A stretch of DNA of 64,000 nt from Microbacteriaceae bacterium (GCA_052085045.1 JBQDFB010000003.1:10391-74390), one strand, 5' to 3'; positions 1-11,728 are shown, counted from the first letter of the stretch. Notes: a model not told the origin generated them from the letters alone. Made by a program: numbers and translations.

Positions 1-276
1 TTCGATTGCAGCGCGAGCGAGCGGCTGGTACCAGGCGACGGCGGCATCATCGGTGACGTCGCGGAGGTCGAGCAGGTGGTGCGGGATGCCGCGCCGCTCG
101 CTGACGGGCAGCTTGGCGGTGCCGATGTCCATGCCCCGGTACAGCTGCATGGCATCGGCGTTCACGATCTCGGCCGGGTTGCCGCGTTCGCGCAGCGCCT
201 CGGCGAGCTTCAGCGCAAGGTCGCTCTTACCGGTGCCGGTGGCGCCGACGATCGCCCAGAGGCGCCGGTCAGACAC
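1..276 (-). CDS. miaA: tRNA dimethylallyltransferase, 5' part (runs off window edge)
   Basis: Manual translation from GTG at 276: [22 protein letters not shown]...[20 protein letters not shown] (P-loop plus MiaA signature); directly downstream of miaB. Confidence 0.93.
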   Translation of the reverse strand, partial: MSDRRLWAIVGATGTGKSDLALKLAEALRERGNPAEIVNADAMQLYRGMDIGTAKLPVSERRGIPHHLLDLRDVTDDAAVAWYQPLARAAIE

Positions 277-281
277 GCCGG

Positions 282-1832
282 TCAGACACCGACGCGGAGC
301 GTGGGGAGCCCCAGCGAGACGGCACGCGGTGCACCGGCCTCACCGGCAGGTGCCGGCACGGCGCACGACTCGGCCTGCGCACGGTCCCAGGCGTCGCCGC
401 CACGGGTGCGGCGGATGCGCAGCGGTGCACCGGTCGGGTCGTCGGCCAGAAGGTGGAACGGCGCGCCGTGGGTGATCGTCACGGTCACGACGTCGCCGGG
501 ACGCGGCAGGTCGGACCCCTCGGTCACCTCGAAGTGGACGAGACGGTTGTCCTCGGCGCGACCGGTGAGACGGTGCGTCTCGGCATCTTTCTTGCCCTCG
601 CCGACGGAGACGAGCACCTCGACCTCGCGGCCGACCTGCTTCTGGTTCTCTTCGAGCGAGATGCGCTCCTGGAGAGCGATCAGACGGTTGTAACGCTCCT
701 GTACGACCGCCTTCGGGACCTGGTCCTCCATGGTCGCCGCCGGCGTGCCCTCGCGGATCGAGTACTGGAATGTGAACGCGCTGGCGAAGCGCGCCTGCTC
801 GACCACGCGCATGGTGTCTTCGAAGTCTTCTTCGGTCTCGCCGGGGAATCCGACGATGATGTCGGTGGTGATCGCTGCGAACGGCATGCGCTCGCGCACG
901 CGGTCGAGGATGCCGAGGAACTTCGAGCTGCGATAGGAGCGGCGCATCGCCTTGAGGATGCGGTCGCTGCCGGACTGCAGCGGCATGTGCAGCTGCGGCA
1001 TGACCGACGGGGTCTCTGCCATCGCGTCGATGACGTCATCGGTGAACGCGGCCGGGTGCGGGCTGGTGAAACGGACCCGCTCGAGGCCTTCGATCTGCCC
1101 GGCGGCACGCAGGAGCTTGCTGAAGGCCTGGCGGTCGCCGAACTCGACGCCGTAAGAGTTCACGTTCTGGCCGAGCAGGGTCACCTCGATCGCGCCGTCG
1201 TCGACGAGCAGCCGGATCTCGTTGAGGATGTCGCCGGGGCGACGGTCCTTCTCCTTGCCGCGCAGGCTCGGAACGATGCAGAACGTGCACGTGTTGTTGC
1301 AGCCGACCGAGATCGACACCCACCCGCTGTGCGCGGAATCGCGTTTGGTCGGAAGGGTCGAGGGGAACACCTCGAGGGATTCGAGGATCTCGAGTTCGGC
1401 ATCGCCGTTGTGCTTCGCGCGCTCGAGGAGGCCGGGCAGGGACCCCATGTTGTGCGTTCCGAAGACCACGTCGACCCACGGCGCCTTGTCGAGCACGGCG
1501 TCCTTGTCCATCTGAGCGAGGCAGCCGCCGACCGCGATCTGCATGCCCTCCTTGCGACGCTTCACCGAGGCGAGGTGCCCGAGCGTGCCGTAGAGCTTGC
1601 CTGCGGCGTTGTCGCGAACGGCGCAGGTGTTGATGATGACGACATCGGCTTCGGCGCCGGCATCCGCGCGAAGGTATCCGGCGCTCTCCAGTGAGCCGGA
1701 GAGGCGCTCGGAGTCGTGCACATTCATCTGGCACCCGAAAGTGCGCACCTCGTACGTCCGCTGGTGGCCGTCGGCGGCGACGGCTGCGGAGGACGCCGAG
1801 ATGATCGTCGGTTCGCTGCGGGGAATAGTCAT
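282..1832 (-). CDS. miaB: tRNA-i6A37 methylthiotransferase
   Basis: [12 protein letters not shown], radical [11 protein letters not shown] motif, C-terminal TRAM-like region. Confidence 0.97.
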   Translation of the reverse strand: MTIPRSEPTIISASSAAVAADGHQRTYEVRTFGCQMNVHDSERLSGSLESAGYLRADAGAEADVVIINTCAVRDNAAGKLYGTLGHLASVKRRKEGMQIAVGGCLAQMDKDAVLDKAPWVDVVFGTHNMGSLPGLLERAKHNGDAELEILESLEVFPSTLPTKRDSAHSGWVSISVGCNNTCTFCIVPSLRGKEKDRRPGDILNEIRLLVDDGAIEVTLLGQNVNSYGVEFGDRQAFSKLLRAAGQIEGLERVRFTSPHPAAFTDDVIDAMAETPSVMPQLHMPLQSGSDRILKAMRRSYRSSKFLGILDRVRERMPFAAITTDIIVGFPGETEEDFEDTMRVVEQARFASAFTFQYSIREGTPAATMEDQVPKAVVQERYNRLIALQERISLEENQKQVGREVEVLVSVGEGKKDAETHRLTGRAEDNRLVHFEVTEGSDLPRPGDVVTVTITHGAPFHLLADDPTGAPLRIRRTRGGDAWDRAQAESCAVPAPAGEAGAPRAVSLGLPTLRVGV

Positions 1833-1863
1833 GGTGATCCCATTCTACGAGCGGATTCTGCTC

Positions 1864-2481
1864 TCAGTCCGAGTCGACGAACCGCACCCCGGCCCCCGGA
1901 CCACCCGAAGATGCTTCCGTGAGCGCGGTGCGCGCCGCATTCGCCGCGACCGAACCGCCGTATCCGCGACGCGCGAGCTGGCCCATCAGGCGGCGCAGCG
2001 CCGTCTCGAAATCGAGGCGCGACAGGGAACGGGCCTTGGTCCGCGCGAACTCCAGGGCCCGTTCTGCGTCGTCATCGGGGAGGTCTCCGAGGGCGGTGTC
2101 GATCACATCCCGCGAGATGCCGCGCTGGGCGAGAGACCGAGAGAGCGCCACGCGCCCCTGTCCCTTTCGCTCCACACCGGAGAGCACCAGGTGCTCTGCC
2201 AGCAGGGCGTCATCGAGATAGCCGCGTTCGCAGAACCTGTCGATCACGTCCTCGATGTCGGCCGAAGCGAGCTCCTGACGGCGGAGAACCTGCCGCGCCT
2301 CGGAGACCGAGAGCGACCGAGCCCGGAGCTTGCGCACCAGAGCCTCTTCTGCCCGCTGGGCGCCGTCATCCGGTTCGACCACCGGATGCTCGTGCTCGTG
2401 CTCGCGGACGACCCGATCGCCGAAGAGCGGGGTGACGGGGGCAAGGTGATCCTCGCCCCCGTCACCGTGCATCTGCGACAT
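1864..2481 (-). CDS. recX: Regulatory protein RecX
   Basis: Overlaps recA stop; GYLDD, RGIS and LARRGY RecX-like motifs. Confidence 0.88.
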   Translation of the reverse strand: MSQMHGDGGEDHLAPVTPLFGDRVVREHEHEHPVVEPDDGAQRAEEALVRKLRARSLSVSEARQVLRRQELASADIEDVIDRFCERGYLDDALLAEHLVLSGVERKGQGRVALSRSLAQRGISRDVIDTALGDLPDDDAERALEFARTKARSLSRLDFETALRRLMGQLARRGYGGSVAANAARTALTEASSGGPGAGVRFVDSD

Positions 2482-3545
2482 CAGGCGGGGCGGCGCTGGG
2501 CCAGCTCGTCGGACTCAGCGGGAGCGGCAACAGCCTCGGGTGCCGCAGCTTCGCCGATACCGAGCTTCTGCTTGATCTGCGTCTCGATCGTCAGTGCGAT
2601 GTCGGGGTTGTTGACGAGGAAGTTGCGAGCGTTCTCCTTGCCCTGCCCCAGCTGGTCGCCGTCGTATGTGTACCACGAGCCCGACTTCTTGACGATGCTG
2701 TGTTCGACGCCGAAGTCGATCAGGCTGCCCTCGCGAGAGATGCCGACGCCGTAGAGGATGTCGAACTCGGCCTGCTTGAACGGTGGGGCCATCTTGTTCT
2801 TGACGACCTTGACGCGGGTGCGGTTTCCGACCGCATCCGTACCGTCCTTGAGCGTTTCGATGCGTCGGATGTCCATGCGCACCGACGCGTAGAACTTCAG
2901 CGCCTTTCCACCGGCTGTGGTCTCGGGAGAACCGAAGAACACACCGATCTTCTCGCGGAGCTGGTTGATGAAGATCATCGTCGTGCCGGTCTGGTTGAGT
3001 CCACCGGTGAGCTTGCGCAGCGCCTGCGACATCAGGCGGGCCTGGAGTCCGACGTGCGAATCGCCCATCTCGCCCTCGATCTCAGCGCGGGGCACGAGGG
3101 CGGCAACGGAGTCGATGACGATGAGGTCGATGGCGCCGGAGCGGACCAGCATGTCGGCAATCTCGAGCGCCTGCTCACCGGTGTCGGGCTGCGACACCAG
3201 CAGCGCGTCGATGTCGACGCCGAGCTTCTTGGCGTACTCGGGGTCCAACGCGTGCTCAGCGTCGACGAACGCTGCGATTCCGCCGGCGCGCTGTGCATTG
3301 GCGATGGCATGCAGGGTCAGGGTCGTCTTACCCGACGACTCCGGTCCGTAGATCTCGACGATGCGTCCACGCGGCATCCCTCCGACGCCGAGGGCGACGT
3401 CGAGGGCGATGGAGCCCGTCGGGATGACGGCGACGGGTGCGCGCTCGTCGCTGCCCAGTCGCATGACCGAGCCCTTTCCGAACTGACGGTCGATCTGAGC
3501 GAGAGCTGATTCCAGAGACTTCTCGCGGTCTGCGGTTGTTGGCAT
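2481..3545 (-). CDS. recA: Recombinase RecA
   Basis: GPESSGKTT Walker [23 protein letters not shown]; start placed at MPTTADREK. Confidence 0.98.
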   Translation of the reverse strand: MPTTADREKSLESALAQIDRQFGKGSVMRLGSDERAPVAVIPTGSIALDVALGVGGMPRGRIVEIYGPESSGKTTLTLHAIANAQRAGGIAAFVDAEHALDPEYAKKLGVDIDALLVSQPDTGEQALEIADMLVRSGAIDLIVIDSVAALVPRAEIEGEMGDSHVGLQARLMSQALRKLTGGLNQTGTTMIFINQLREKIGVFFGSPETTAGGKALKFYASVRMDIRRIETLKDGTDAVGNRTRVKVVKNKMAPPFKQAEFDILYGVGISREGSLIDFGVEHSIVKKSGSWYTYDGDQLGQGKENARNFLVNNPDIALTIETQIKQKLGIGEAAAPEAVAAPAESDELAQRRPA

Positions 3546-3649
3546 GACGTACTCCTCATGTGTTCGCGTGGTGCCGCCTGTAGGCTGTCGCGGCCGCCCC
3601 GGCTGGGGTGGACTCTCCGACAAGGCGTATGGCTTCTCGGCCTGTGTTC

Positions 3650-3671
3650 ACCGTACGAGGAACCTCCGACA
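3650..3671 (-). promoter_or_regulatory. RecA-NDp (PafBC-type) promoter motif
   Basis: Minus strand TGTCGG-AGGTTCCTCG-TACGGT matches TGTCGG-N10-TA-N3-T upstream of recA. Confidence 0.8.
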
Positions 3672-3743
3672 TCAAGTCAGAATCTCCAGGAACTGTGGAC
3701 GACAGACACCTCGAAACCACTTGTGCAGAACGATACGCGCACT

Positions 3744-3759
3744 TCGAACACATATTCGA
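3744..3759. promoter_or_regulatory. LexA (SOS) box
   Basis: TCGAAC-ACAT-ATTCGA, one mismatch to actinobacterial TCGAAC-N4-GTTCGA, upstream of recA. Confidence 0.8.
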
Positions 3760-3798
3760 CGACACGCCGGGTGCGCAGGTGACAGCGCGGGTCCGCGC

Positions 3799-4023
3799 TC
3801 AGCGTCGACGAGGCTCCAGTCGCCCGACGCCGTAGCGCCTCTCGGGCGGGACATCGGTCTCTGCACACAGCGCCGACCAGATATCCCGCGGGGCGACACC
3901 CGCATCGAGAGCGTCGGTGGCAGTGCGGTTTCCCACCGGACCGAGCACAAGATCGTTCATCAGGGCGACCGAACGCGGCCCGAACTCATCTTCGACCGCG
4001 CGAAGGAACTCGCTACGCCGCAT
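3799..4023 (-). CDS. DUF3046 family protein
   Basis: MRRSEF...EFG...L..G..PR.IW.ALC pattern, conserved position upstream of recA. Confidence 0.85.
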   Translation of the reverse strand: MRRSEFLRAVEDEFGPRSVALMNDLVLGPVGNRTATDALDAGVAPRDIWSALCAETDVPPERRYGVGRLEPRRR

Positions 4024-4047
4024 CCGCTCGTTGAATCCGTGGGCGCG

Positions 4048-4356
4048 TCAGTGGAGCGACAGCTCGGGTTCCACCGAAGCGACGAGGTCGTCGGGAACCA
4101 CATCGGGGAACACCTGGATTCCCTCAAGGACGGAGATCCGGTCGCCCACCTCGCGCATGATCCGCGAGATGGGGATGTCGAGAGCTTCGGCGACGGATGC
4201 GAGGATCTCGCTGGAGGCCTCTTTCTGACCGCGCTCGACTTCGCTGAGGTAACCGAGCGCGACCGAAGCCTTGCTCGCGACCTGCCGAAGCGTGCGGCCC
4301 TTCTGCAGGCGGAAGTCCCTCAGCACATCGCCGATTTCCTGTCGTACAAGAATCAT
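4048..4356 (-). CDS. clgR: ClgR-like XRE helix-turn-helix regulator
   Basis: IGDVLRDFRLQKGRTLRQVA...SVALGYLSEVERGQKEASSE; syntenic with cinA/pgsA. Confidence 0.8.
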   Translation of the reverse strand: MILVRQEIGDVLRDFRLQKGRTLRQVASKASVALGYLSEVERGQKEASSEILASVAEALDIPISRIMREVGDRISVLEGIQVFPDVVPDDLVASVEPELSLH

Positions 4357-4518
4357 CGGAACCTCCTCTCCATTCCCCTGTTCGGAGTCTCCTCCGAACG
4401 AATCGCCAGTCTAACGCGACTCCCTGATGAGAACGCTACCGTTTCACGCTGTGGTTTGGTTGAGAATGACACGGCTGTTGAATGTGACACACCGTGGACA
4501 ACGCGCCGTCGCCGGCTG

Positions 4519-5001
4519 CTATTCCCCGAGCGCGGAAAGGGCGGCGCTGAGTGCCGCATCCACGGACTGCGATCGCACTGCGGCACGGTCGCCGTCGAAG
4601 CGGAAGACGCTCGTGCGCACACCGTCGGGTGTCGCAACACCGATGTGCACGGTGCCGACCAGGTGGCCCTCGGGCGAGTCCGGCCCGGCGACGCCGGTCG
4701 TCGAGATGCCGACGTCGGCGGGTCGTCCATCGACCCGCACAGCGGTTCGCACGCCCAAGGCCATCTGCGCGGCGACGTCGGCGTGCACAGGGCCATGCTC
4801 GTCGAGCTGCGCTTCATCCACACCCAACAGGGTCGCCTTCACCGGCGTGGCATAGGCGACGACGCCGCCGAGCAGCGTCGCCGATGCTCCGGGAACGGCC
4901 ACGACCTCAGCGGCCAACGCTCCCCCGGTGAGCGACTCGGCCACGCCGAGGGTCCAGCCGCGCGCGGTCAGCGCCGCGACCAGGCGAGCAGCCGTGCTCA
5001 T
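4519..5001 (-). CDS. cinA: CinA C-terminal domain / NMN amidohydrolase (PncC-like)
   Basis: AESLTGG and STTGVAGP motifs; start MSTAARL overlaps pgsA stop. Confidence 0.88.
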   Translation of the reverse strand: MSTAARLVAALTARGWTLGVAESLTGGALAAEVVAVPGASATLLGGVVAYATPVKATLLGVDEAQLDEHGPVHADVAAQMALGVRTAVRVDGRPADVGISTTGVAGPDSPEGHLVGTVHIGVATPDGVRTSVFRFDGDRAAVRSQSVDAALSAALSALGE

Positions 5002-5576
5002 CACCGGCTGGTCCGCGATCCGCGCACCTGCGAGATCACGTAGTCGATGCCGCTGGCCACGGTGAGCACGAGCGTGGCGTACATCAGCACGATGCCGACA
5101 CCAGTCCACCAGTCCATTCCGATCACCTGATGCAGCGGCAGCAGCCACCAGCCCAGCGCTACGCCCTGGAACGCCGTCTTGAGCTTTCCCATCCAGGCGG
5201 CGGCGACGATATGACTGCTGGCGACCGCGAAACGGTGCAGCGTGATGCCCCACTCGCGGATCAGGATGACGATCACCACCCACCACGGCCACTCGCCGAG
5301 GATCGCCAGCCCCACGAAACCTGCGCCGGTGAGGAGCTTGTCGGCGATCGGATCCCACAGCTTTCCGAAATCGCTGACGATGTCATATCTGCGGGCCAGG
5401 TAGCCATCCACCCAATCGGTGGAGATCGCGAGGACGAACAGCGCCCCGGCGATCCAGCGGATGACGAGATCGCCGTCTCCGTAGGTGCCGCCCAACAGCA
5501 GCAGCACGAAGAATACGACGGCGAGCGGAATGCGGGCGATCGTGATCGCGTTCGGCAGCTGCCGTGGAATCGCCAT
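5001..5576 (-). CDS. pgsA: CDP-diacylglycerol--glycerol-3-phosphate 3-phosphatidyltransferase
   Basis: PNAITIAR, DWVDGYLAR...FGKLWDPIADK CDP-alcohol phosphotransferase motif. Confidence 0.93.
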   Translation of the reverse strand: MAIPRQLPNAITIARIPLAVVFFVLLLLGGTYGDGDLVIRWIAGALFVLAISTDWVDGYLARRYDIVSDFGKLWDPIADKLLTGAGFVGLAILGEWPWWVVIVILIREWGITLHRFAVASSHIVAAAWMGKLKTAFQGVALGWWLLPLHQVIGMDWWTGVGIVLMYATLVLTVASGIDYVISQVRGSRTSR

Positions 5577-8311
5577 CAGTCGCGGCCCGTCAGACCCCAG
5601 GCGTCTTCGTCGCCCTCACCGTCATCTGCAACCGGGACGCCATCGAACTGCGCCTCGATCGGATCGCGACCGTAGCCAGCCGCGGCCGGGGCGGCCGGTG
5701 CCGGTGCGGGTGCCGGTGGGGGTGCGGGTGCCGGTGCCGTGTCCTCCCCGCGCAGCTTCGCCATCACGGCCGGCAGCTGCTCGGATGTCACGAGCACGTC
5801 ACGCGCCTTCGATCCCTCGGACGGCCCGACGATCTCGCGGGACTCGAGCAGATCCATCAAGCGACCGGCCTTGGCGAAGCCGACCCGGAGCTTGCGCTGC
5901 AGCATCGAGGTCGATCCGAACTGCGATGAGACGATGAGCTCGGCAGCCGCGAGCAGCACCTCGAGGTCGTCGCCGATGTCTTCGTCGACTTCCTTCTTCT
6001 TCGCCGGGTCCATCGCCTCCTGCACATCGGCACGGTATTCCGGGCGCGCCTGCGCGGTGACGTGCTTGACGACGGCGTCGATCTCGCTCTCTTCGACCCA
6101 CGCTCCCTGCAGTCGGAACGGCTTGGACGTACCCATCGGCGAGAACAGAGCGTCACCCTGACCGATGAGCTTGTCGGCGCCGGGCGCGTCGAGGATGACA
6201 CGGCTGTCTGTGACGCTCGTCACGGCGAACGCGAGGCGGGACGGCACGTTGGCTTTGATCAGGCCGGTGACGACATCGACGGAGGGACGCTGCGTCGCAA
6301 GCACCAGATGGATGCCGGAGGCGCGGGCGAGCTGGGTGATGCGCACGATCGAGTCCTCGACGTCGCGCGGGGCGACCATCATGAGGTCAGCGAGCTCGTC
6401 GACGACGACCAGCAGGTACGGATACGGCTTAAGCACGCGCTCGCTGCCTGCCGGAAGCTCGATCTCGCCGGCGCGCACCGCCTTGTTGAAGTCGTCGATG
6501 TGACGGAAGCCGAACGACGCGAGGTCGTCGTACCGCATGTCCATCTCCTTCACCACCCACTGCAGCGCCTCGGCCGCCTTCTTGGGGTTGGTGATGATGG
6601 GCGTGATCAGGTGCGGCACACCGGCATAGCTGGTGAGCTCGACGCGCTTCGGGTCGATGAGGACCATCCGCACATCGGCGGGTCGGGCTCGCATGAGCAG
6701 GCTGGTGATCATCGAGTTCACGAAGCTCGACTTACCGGATCCCGTCGAGCCCGCCACGAGCAGGTGCGGCATCTTGGCGAGGTTGGCGACCACGATGCTG
6801 CCGCCGACATCCTTGCCGACGCCGATCGTCAGCGAGTGGGTGCTCTTCTGCGCGGCGGGCGAGCGCAGCACATCACCGAGCGCCACCATCTCTTTGTCGG
6901 CGTTGGGGATCTCGATACCGATCGCGCTCTTGCCCGGGATCGGCGAGAGGATGCGCACGTCGTTGGAGGCCACTGCGTAGGAGATGTTGTTGCTCAGCTG
7001 CGTGATCTTCTCGACCTTGACGCCGTGACCGACCTCGACCTCGTATTGGGTGACCGTCGGTCCGCGCGAGAAGCCGGTGACCTTCGCATCGACCTTGAAC
7101 TGCGTGAACACGCTCGAGATCTGCTCGATGACGCGGTCCGTGGCGTCCGAGCGGGTAACCGGCGGCGGCCCCTCGCGCAGCACGGTGGCGGAGGGCAGCA
7201 CGTACGGCGCACTCGGCGCCTGCAGACCCTGCTCCCCCGGCCCGTCCGTGCCGAAGCCGGAGAGGCCCGGCAGCTCGGGCTGCTCACCCGTGCCATTGGA
7301 GTCGTCGAGCAGCGCCGTGCTCCCCTGCCCGGCGAGACCGGCCATGACGCCTTCGACGTCGGTGAGCACTTCGGTCGCCGCGTCCGACGCATCGGCGACG
7401 ATGACGGCCTGATCATAAGCGGAGTTCTCGGTCGAGTCACCGGCGGGCGTGAGCAGCTCGGTGAGGTCCTGCGAGCCGACACCCTGGTCGGGATCCTCTT
7501 CGCGGCCGCTCTTGTTGCGTCGCCACCACGGGAGTGAATCGTCTGCGGCCTCCGCAGCGGCATCTTCTGCGGCGTCGGCCTCCGGATCGGGCTTCACGCG
7601 CTCGGCGCCGAACATCCAGGCGTACAGGTCGCCCAGACGCGAGCCGATCTTGTTCGGCGGCGTCTTGGTGATGATGAGCAGGCTGAGCGCGGCGAGCAGG
7701 CCCAGCACGACATAGGCGACGATCTCGGTCAGGTACGACAGCGGCTGGCCCAGCATCCACCCGAAGAGTCCGCCGGCGGCACTGAGCGCCGGCATGCCCT
7801 CGCGGGGCTCCGGCTGGCCGCCTGCGACGTGGCAGATGCCCGCGATCGAGACGACGAACAGACCGAACCCGATCCCGATCCGGCCGTTGTCATGCACCGA
7901 GGACGGATGCCGGAACAGCCAGCCGGCGAGGATCAGCAGCAGCACCGGCATGAGAAAGGCCGTGCGGCCGATCAGTCCGCCGACCGTGAACGCGCTGATG
8001 TTCTGCGCGATCTCGTTGCCGATGAAGAACCACTCGTCGATCGCGCCGAGGCAGGCGAGGATGACCAGCAGGAACGGGAACCCGTCGCGTCGCTGGTCCT
8101 TCTCGAGCACCTCCGGCCCGAAGGCGCGGAAGAGACCGCCGACGCCGTGCGCCAGCCCCACCCAGGCGCGCACGGCCAGCGGCGGGCGGTCGATGTCGTC
8201 GATGTACTTCTTCGGCGCCGCCGGAATCTTCTTCGTGGGGGCCGTCTGCGCCTTGGCACGCGAGGACGTCTTCTCGGACGCGCGCGAGGTCTTCGTGGTG
8301 CTCCTGGCCAT
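5576..8311 (-). CDS. ftsK: DNA translocase FtsK
   Basis: N-terminal TM helices, [28 protein letters not shown], gamma domain [16 protein letters not shown]. Confidence 0.97.
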   Translation of the reverse strand: MARSTTKTSRASEKTSSRAKAQTAPTKKIPAAPKKYIDDIDRPPLAVRAWVGLAHGVGGLFRAFGPEVLEKDQRRDGFPFLLVILACLGAIDEWFFIGNEIAQNISAFTVGGLIGRTAFLMPVLLLILAGWLFRHPSSVHDNGRIGIGFGLFVVSIAGICHVAGGQPEPREGMPALSAAGGLFGWMLGQPLSYLTEIVAYVVLGLLAALSLLIITKTPPNKIGSRLGDLYAWMFGAERVKPDPEADAAEDAAAEAADDSLPWWRRNKSGREEDPDQGVGSQDLTELLTPAGDSTENSAYDQAVIVADASDAATEVLTDVEGVMAGLAGQGSTALLDDSNGTGEQPELPGLSGFGTDGPGEQGLQAPSAPYVLPSATVLREGPPPVTRSDATDRVIEQISSVFTQFKVDAKVTGFSRGPTVTQYEVEVGHGVKVEKITQLSNNISYAVASNDVRILSPIPGKSAIGIEIPNADKEMVALGDVLRSPAAQKSTHSLTIGVGKDVGGSIVVANLAKMPHLLVAGSTGSGKSSFVNSMITSLLMRARPADVRMVLIDPKRVELTSYAGVPHLITPIITNPKKAAEALQWVVKEMDMRYDDLASFGFRHIDDFNKAVRAGEIELPAGSERVLKPYPYLLVVVDELADLMMVAPRDVEDSIVRITQLARASGIHLVLATQRPSVDVVTGLIKANVPSRLAFAVTSVTDSRVILDAPGADKLIGQGDALFSPMGTSKPFRLQGAWVEESEIDAVVKHVTAQARPEYRADVQEAMDPAKKKEVDEDIGDDLEVLLAAAELIVSSQFGSTSMLQRKLRVGFAKAGRLMDLLESREIVGPSEGSKARDVLVTSEQLPAVMAKLRGEDTAPAPAPPPAPAPAPAAPAAAGYGRDPIEAQFDGVPVADDGEGDEDAWGLTGRD

Positions 8312-8371
8312 ACTCACAGACTACGTTCGGGCAACGACACTGCCGCGTAATGACGCGGCTTTCGGGCCGAT

Positions 8372-10048
8372 TCAGGCCTCGATGACGAGCGGCACGATCA
8401 TCGGGCGACGACGCAGCTTCTGGTTGACCCAGCGACCGATCGTGCGCCGTACGATCTGCGAGAGCGCATGCGTGTCGCGGACCCCGTTGCCCGAGGCCTC
8501 CTTCAGCGCGGCGACGATCTTGGGCACCACGTCATCGAACACCGAATCGTCTTCCGCAATGCCGCGCGCGTGGATCTCGGGCCCGGTGATGATCCGGCCC
8601 GTCGCTGCGTCGACGACGACGATGATCGAGACGAACCCCTCTTCACCGAGGATGCGGCGGTCCTTGAGGTCGGCGTCGGTGATCTCGCCCACGGTCGAGC
8701 CGTCGACGTACACGAACCCGATGTCGTACTGGCCGGCGACGCGCGCCCGACCGTCCTTGAGGTCGAGGATCGTGCCGTTCGAGGCGAGGAATGTGTTCTC
8801 GGCCGGAATGCCGGTCTCCTGCGCGAGCTTCGCGTTCGCCATCAGGTGGCGGTACTCGCCGTGCACGGGCAGCACGTTCTCGGGCTTGAGGATGTTGTAG
8901 CAGTAGATCAGCTCGCCGGCGGCGGCGTGACCGGAGACGTGCACCTTCGCATTTGCCTTGTGCACGACGTTCGCGCCGAGCTTGGTGAGCCCATCGATCA
9001 CGCGATACACGGCATTCTCGTTGCCGGGGATGAGGCTGGACGCGAGGATCACCGTGTCGCCCTCCCCCACCTCGATGGCGTGATCGAGGTTCGCCATGCG
9101 GCTGAGCACCGCCATCGGCTCCCCCTGAGAACCGGTCGACATGTAGACGATCTTCTCGTCCGGGAGGTCCTTGGCCTTCTTGTAATCGATCAGCACGTTC
9201 TCCGGCACCTTGAGGTACCCGAGATCGGCCGCGATCGTCATGTTTCGCACCATGCTGCGACCGAGCAGTGCGACACGCCGACCATTGGCATGCGCGGCAT
9301 CCAGCACCTGCTGAACGCGGTGCACATGGCTCGAGAAGCTGGCGACGATCACGCGGCGCGGCGCCTTCGCGATCACCTGATCGAGCACCGGACCGATCGA
9401 GCGCTCCGTCGGTGTGAAACCGGGCACGTCGGCGTTCGTGGAGTCGACGAGGAAGAGATCGACGCCCTCTTCGCCGAGGCGTGAGAAAGCACGCAGGTCG
9501 GTGATGCGGCCATCCAGCGGCAGCTGGTCCATCTTGAAGTCGCCCGTGGCGAGCACGAGGCCGGCAGGAGTGCGGATGGCGACGGCCAGAGCGTCGGGGA
9601 TCGAGTGGTTCACGGCCACGAACTCGAGGTCGAAAGGGCCGACCGTCTCGTGCTGTCCCTCTTTCACCGTGAGGGTGTACGGCTTGATGCGGTGCTCCTT
9701 GAGCTTCGCCTCGACGAGCGCGAGGGTGAGCCCGGAGCCGATCAGCGGGATGTCGCTCTTCAGGCGCAGCAGATACGGCACGGCGCCGATGTGGTCCTCG
9801 TGGCCGTGGGTGAGCACGACGCCGACGATGTCGTCGAGGCGGTCCTTGATCGGCTCGAAGTCGGGCAGGATCAAGTCGACGCCGGGCTGATGGTCCTCGG
9901 GGAAGAGCACACCGCAGTCGACGATGAGGATCTTGCCGTCGAACTCGAAAGTGGTCATGTTGCGGCCGACCTCCCCGAGGCCGCCGAGCGGGATGACGCG
10001 GAGCGTTCCCTCCGCGAGCTGTTCAGGGGCGGCGATGGGAATGGACAT
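8372..10048 (-). CDS. rnj: Ribonuclease J
   Basis: PLGGLGEVGRNMT, THGHEDHIG, HVSGH, PVHGE beta-CASP motifs. Confidence 0.96.
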   Translation of the reverse strand: MSIPIAAPEQLAEGTLRVIPLGGLGEVGRNMTTFEFDGKILIVDCGVLFPEDHQPGVDLILPDFEPIKDRLDDIVGVVLTHGHEDHIGAVPYLLRLKSDIPLIGSGLTLALVEAKLKEHRIKPYTLTVKEGQHETVGPFDLEFVAVNHSIPDALAVAIRTPAGLVLATGDFKMDQLPLDGRITDLRAFSRLGEEGVDLFLVDSTNADVPGFTPTERSIGPVLDQVIAKAPRRVIVASFSSHVHRVQQVLDAAHANGRRVALLGRSMVRNMTIAADLGYLKVPENVLIDYKKAKDLPDEKIVYMSTGSQGEPMAVLSRMANLDHAIEVGEGDTVILASSLIPGNENAVYRVIDGLTKLGANVVHKANAKVHVSGHAAAGELIYCYNILKPENVLPVHGEYRHLMANAKLAQETGIPAENTFLASNGTILDLKDGRARVAGQYDIGFVYVDGSTVGEITDADLKDRRILGEEGFVSIIVVVDAATGRIITGPEIHARGIAEDDSVFDDVVPKIVAALKEASGNGVRDTHALSQIVRRTIGRWVNQKLRRRPMIVPLVIEA

Positions 10049-10127
10049 TCATGTCTCCTCAGTCGAGCACGTTCGGTGCCCGTGTTGCTGTGGGCGCGCT
10101 CTGCGCCCGTCGTATCAGCGCATGGTG

Positions 10128-11105
10128 TCAGCGGGTGGTGCCGTGCACCTTCGGCAGCGCACCGCCGGCGGCCGCGTTGCGGTCGGGGCGGAAGTTCGAG
10201 AAATCGGCGCCGGACACACCGGTGACGAGGGCGAGCTCGTCTTCGATGAGTGCGGCTTCCCACTCCTCCGGCCCCACCAGGGGCAGGCGGACGCGGGGGC
10301 TGGAGATGCGGCCGAGGCCGTGCAGGATGTACTTCACCGAGACGGTGCCCGGCACGTGGGTCATAGTGGCACGCACGAGCGGCTCAAGGCGCTTGTGCTC
10401 GGCTGTTGCCGCCGTGAGGTCGCCGCGGTTCACCGCATCCACCATCGTGCGATACGGGGTCGCGGTGATGTTCGCGGTCACGCCGATGAGCCCGGTCGCC
10501 CCGATCGCGAGGTGCGGCAGCGCATTCGAGTCATCGCCGGAGAAGTACATCAGATCGGTCTGGTTCAGCACGCGGCTGACCTCGCTGAAGTCGCCCTTCG
10601 CGTCCTTCACCGCCAGGATGTTGGGATGCTTCGCGAGACGCAGGATCGTCTCGTACTTGATGGGCACCCCGGTGCGGCCGGGGATGTCATACAGGATCAC
10701 CGGCAGATCAGTGGCATCGGCGACCAGACGGAAGTGGGTGAGGATGCCGGCCTGCGTCGGCTTGTTGTAGTACGGCGTGACGATCATGATGCCGTCGGCG
10801 CCGGCCTTCTCGCTGGCCTTGTACAGCTCGATGGCGTGCGCGGTCTCATTGGACCCGCCGCCGGTGATGATCTTGGCGCGCCCGGCGGCGACCGACTTGC
10901 CGACCTCGACGAGCTTGATCTTCTCGGGGTCGGTGAGAGTCGAGGTCTCCCCCGTCGTTCCGGTGACGACGATGCCGTCCGCACCGGCGGTGATGACGTC
11001 ATCGAGGTGCTTCTCGGTGGCGGCCCAGTCGACCTCGCCGTCGGCCGTCATCGGGGTGACGAGCGCGACGAGAACCTGCCCGAAGGGATTGCCCGAGTGC
11101 GTCAT
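10128..11105 (-). CDS. dapA: 4-hydroxy-tetrahydrodipicolinate synthase
   Basis: GTTGE, TPYYNKP, YDIPGRT, VKDA; start MTHSGNP preceded by TACGCT-N6. Confidence 0.95.
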   Translation of the reverse strand: MTHSGNPFGQVLVALVTPMTADGEVDWAATEKHLDDVITAGADGIVVTGTTGETSTLTDPEKIKLVEVGKSVAAGRAKIITGGGSNETAHAIELYKASEKAGADGIMIVTPYYNKPTQAGILTHFRLVADATDLPVILYDIPGRTGVPIKYETILRLAKHPNILAVKDAKGDFSEVSRVLNQTDLMYFSGDDSNALPHLAIGATGLIGVTANITATPYRTMVDAVNRGDLTAATAEHKRLEPLVRATMTHVPGTVSVKYILHGLGRISSPRVRLPLVGPEEWEAALIEDELALVTGVSGADFSNFRPDRNAAAGGALPKVHGTTR

Positions 11106-11160
11106 GATCCCAGCGTATCGGTTCCGCCCCGCGCAGAACTCCCCGGATAGGCTCGCGTTC

Positions 11161-11715
11161 ATGACCTGGCAGACCAACGATTCGCGCGTCGTCTACGAGA
11201 ACCCCTGGATCTCGGTTCGAGAGGATGCCGTGACCGGTCCGGCTGGCGATGGCATCTACGGGGTGATCACCATGCGCCATCCCGCCGTGTTCATCGTTGC
11301 GCTCGACGACGACGACCGGGTGTGTCTGGTCACGCTCGACAGATACACGACCGGCCGCTCGATCGAAGTGCCGGCCGGCGGCAGCGACGGAGAGGAACCG
11401 CTGGTCGCCGCGCAGCGCGAGCTGCTCGAGGAGACCGGGATGCTGGCCGAGGACTGGACGGCGATCGGCACGATGAACGCACTCAATGGCATCACGATCG
11501 CTCCGGAGCATGTCTTCGTCGCCCGCGGCCTCCGCGCGGCCGGTGAATCAGCCCATTTTCATTCAGAACCCCTGCACGACGACGAGGGCATCGAGGACGT
11601 CTCCTGGGTTCCGTTCGCGGAGGTGCTCGACATGGTCGCGGACGGCCGCATCCGCGACGGCGAGACCGTGGCCGCGCTGGCGTACGCCGGCATCCATCTC
11701 GGCCGATTCCGCTGA
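11161..11715 (+). CDS. NUDIX hydrolase (ADP-ribose pyrophosphatase-like)
   Basis: VYENPWISVRED and Nudix box AAQRELLEETG. Confidence 0.88.
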   Translation: MTWQTNDSRVVYENPWISVREDAVTGPAGDGIYGVITMRHPAVFIVALDDDDRVCLVTLDRYTTGRSIEVPAGGSDGEEPLVAAQRELLEETGMLAEDWTAIGTMNALNGITIAPEHVFVARGLRAAGESAHFHSEPLHDDEGIEDVSWVPFAEVLDMVADGRIRDGETVAALAYAGIHLGRFR

Positions 11716-11728
11716 ACCCCGGCTGTGC

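Noticed and set aside
5690-5740. GCCGGT/GCGGGT hexamer repeats
   Set aside because: Encode the Pro-Ala linker at the FtsK C-terminus
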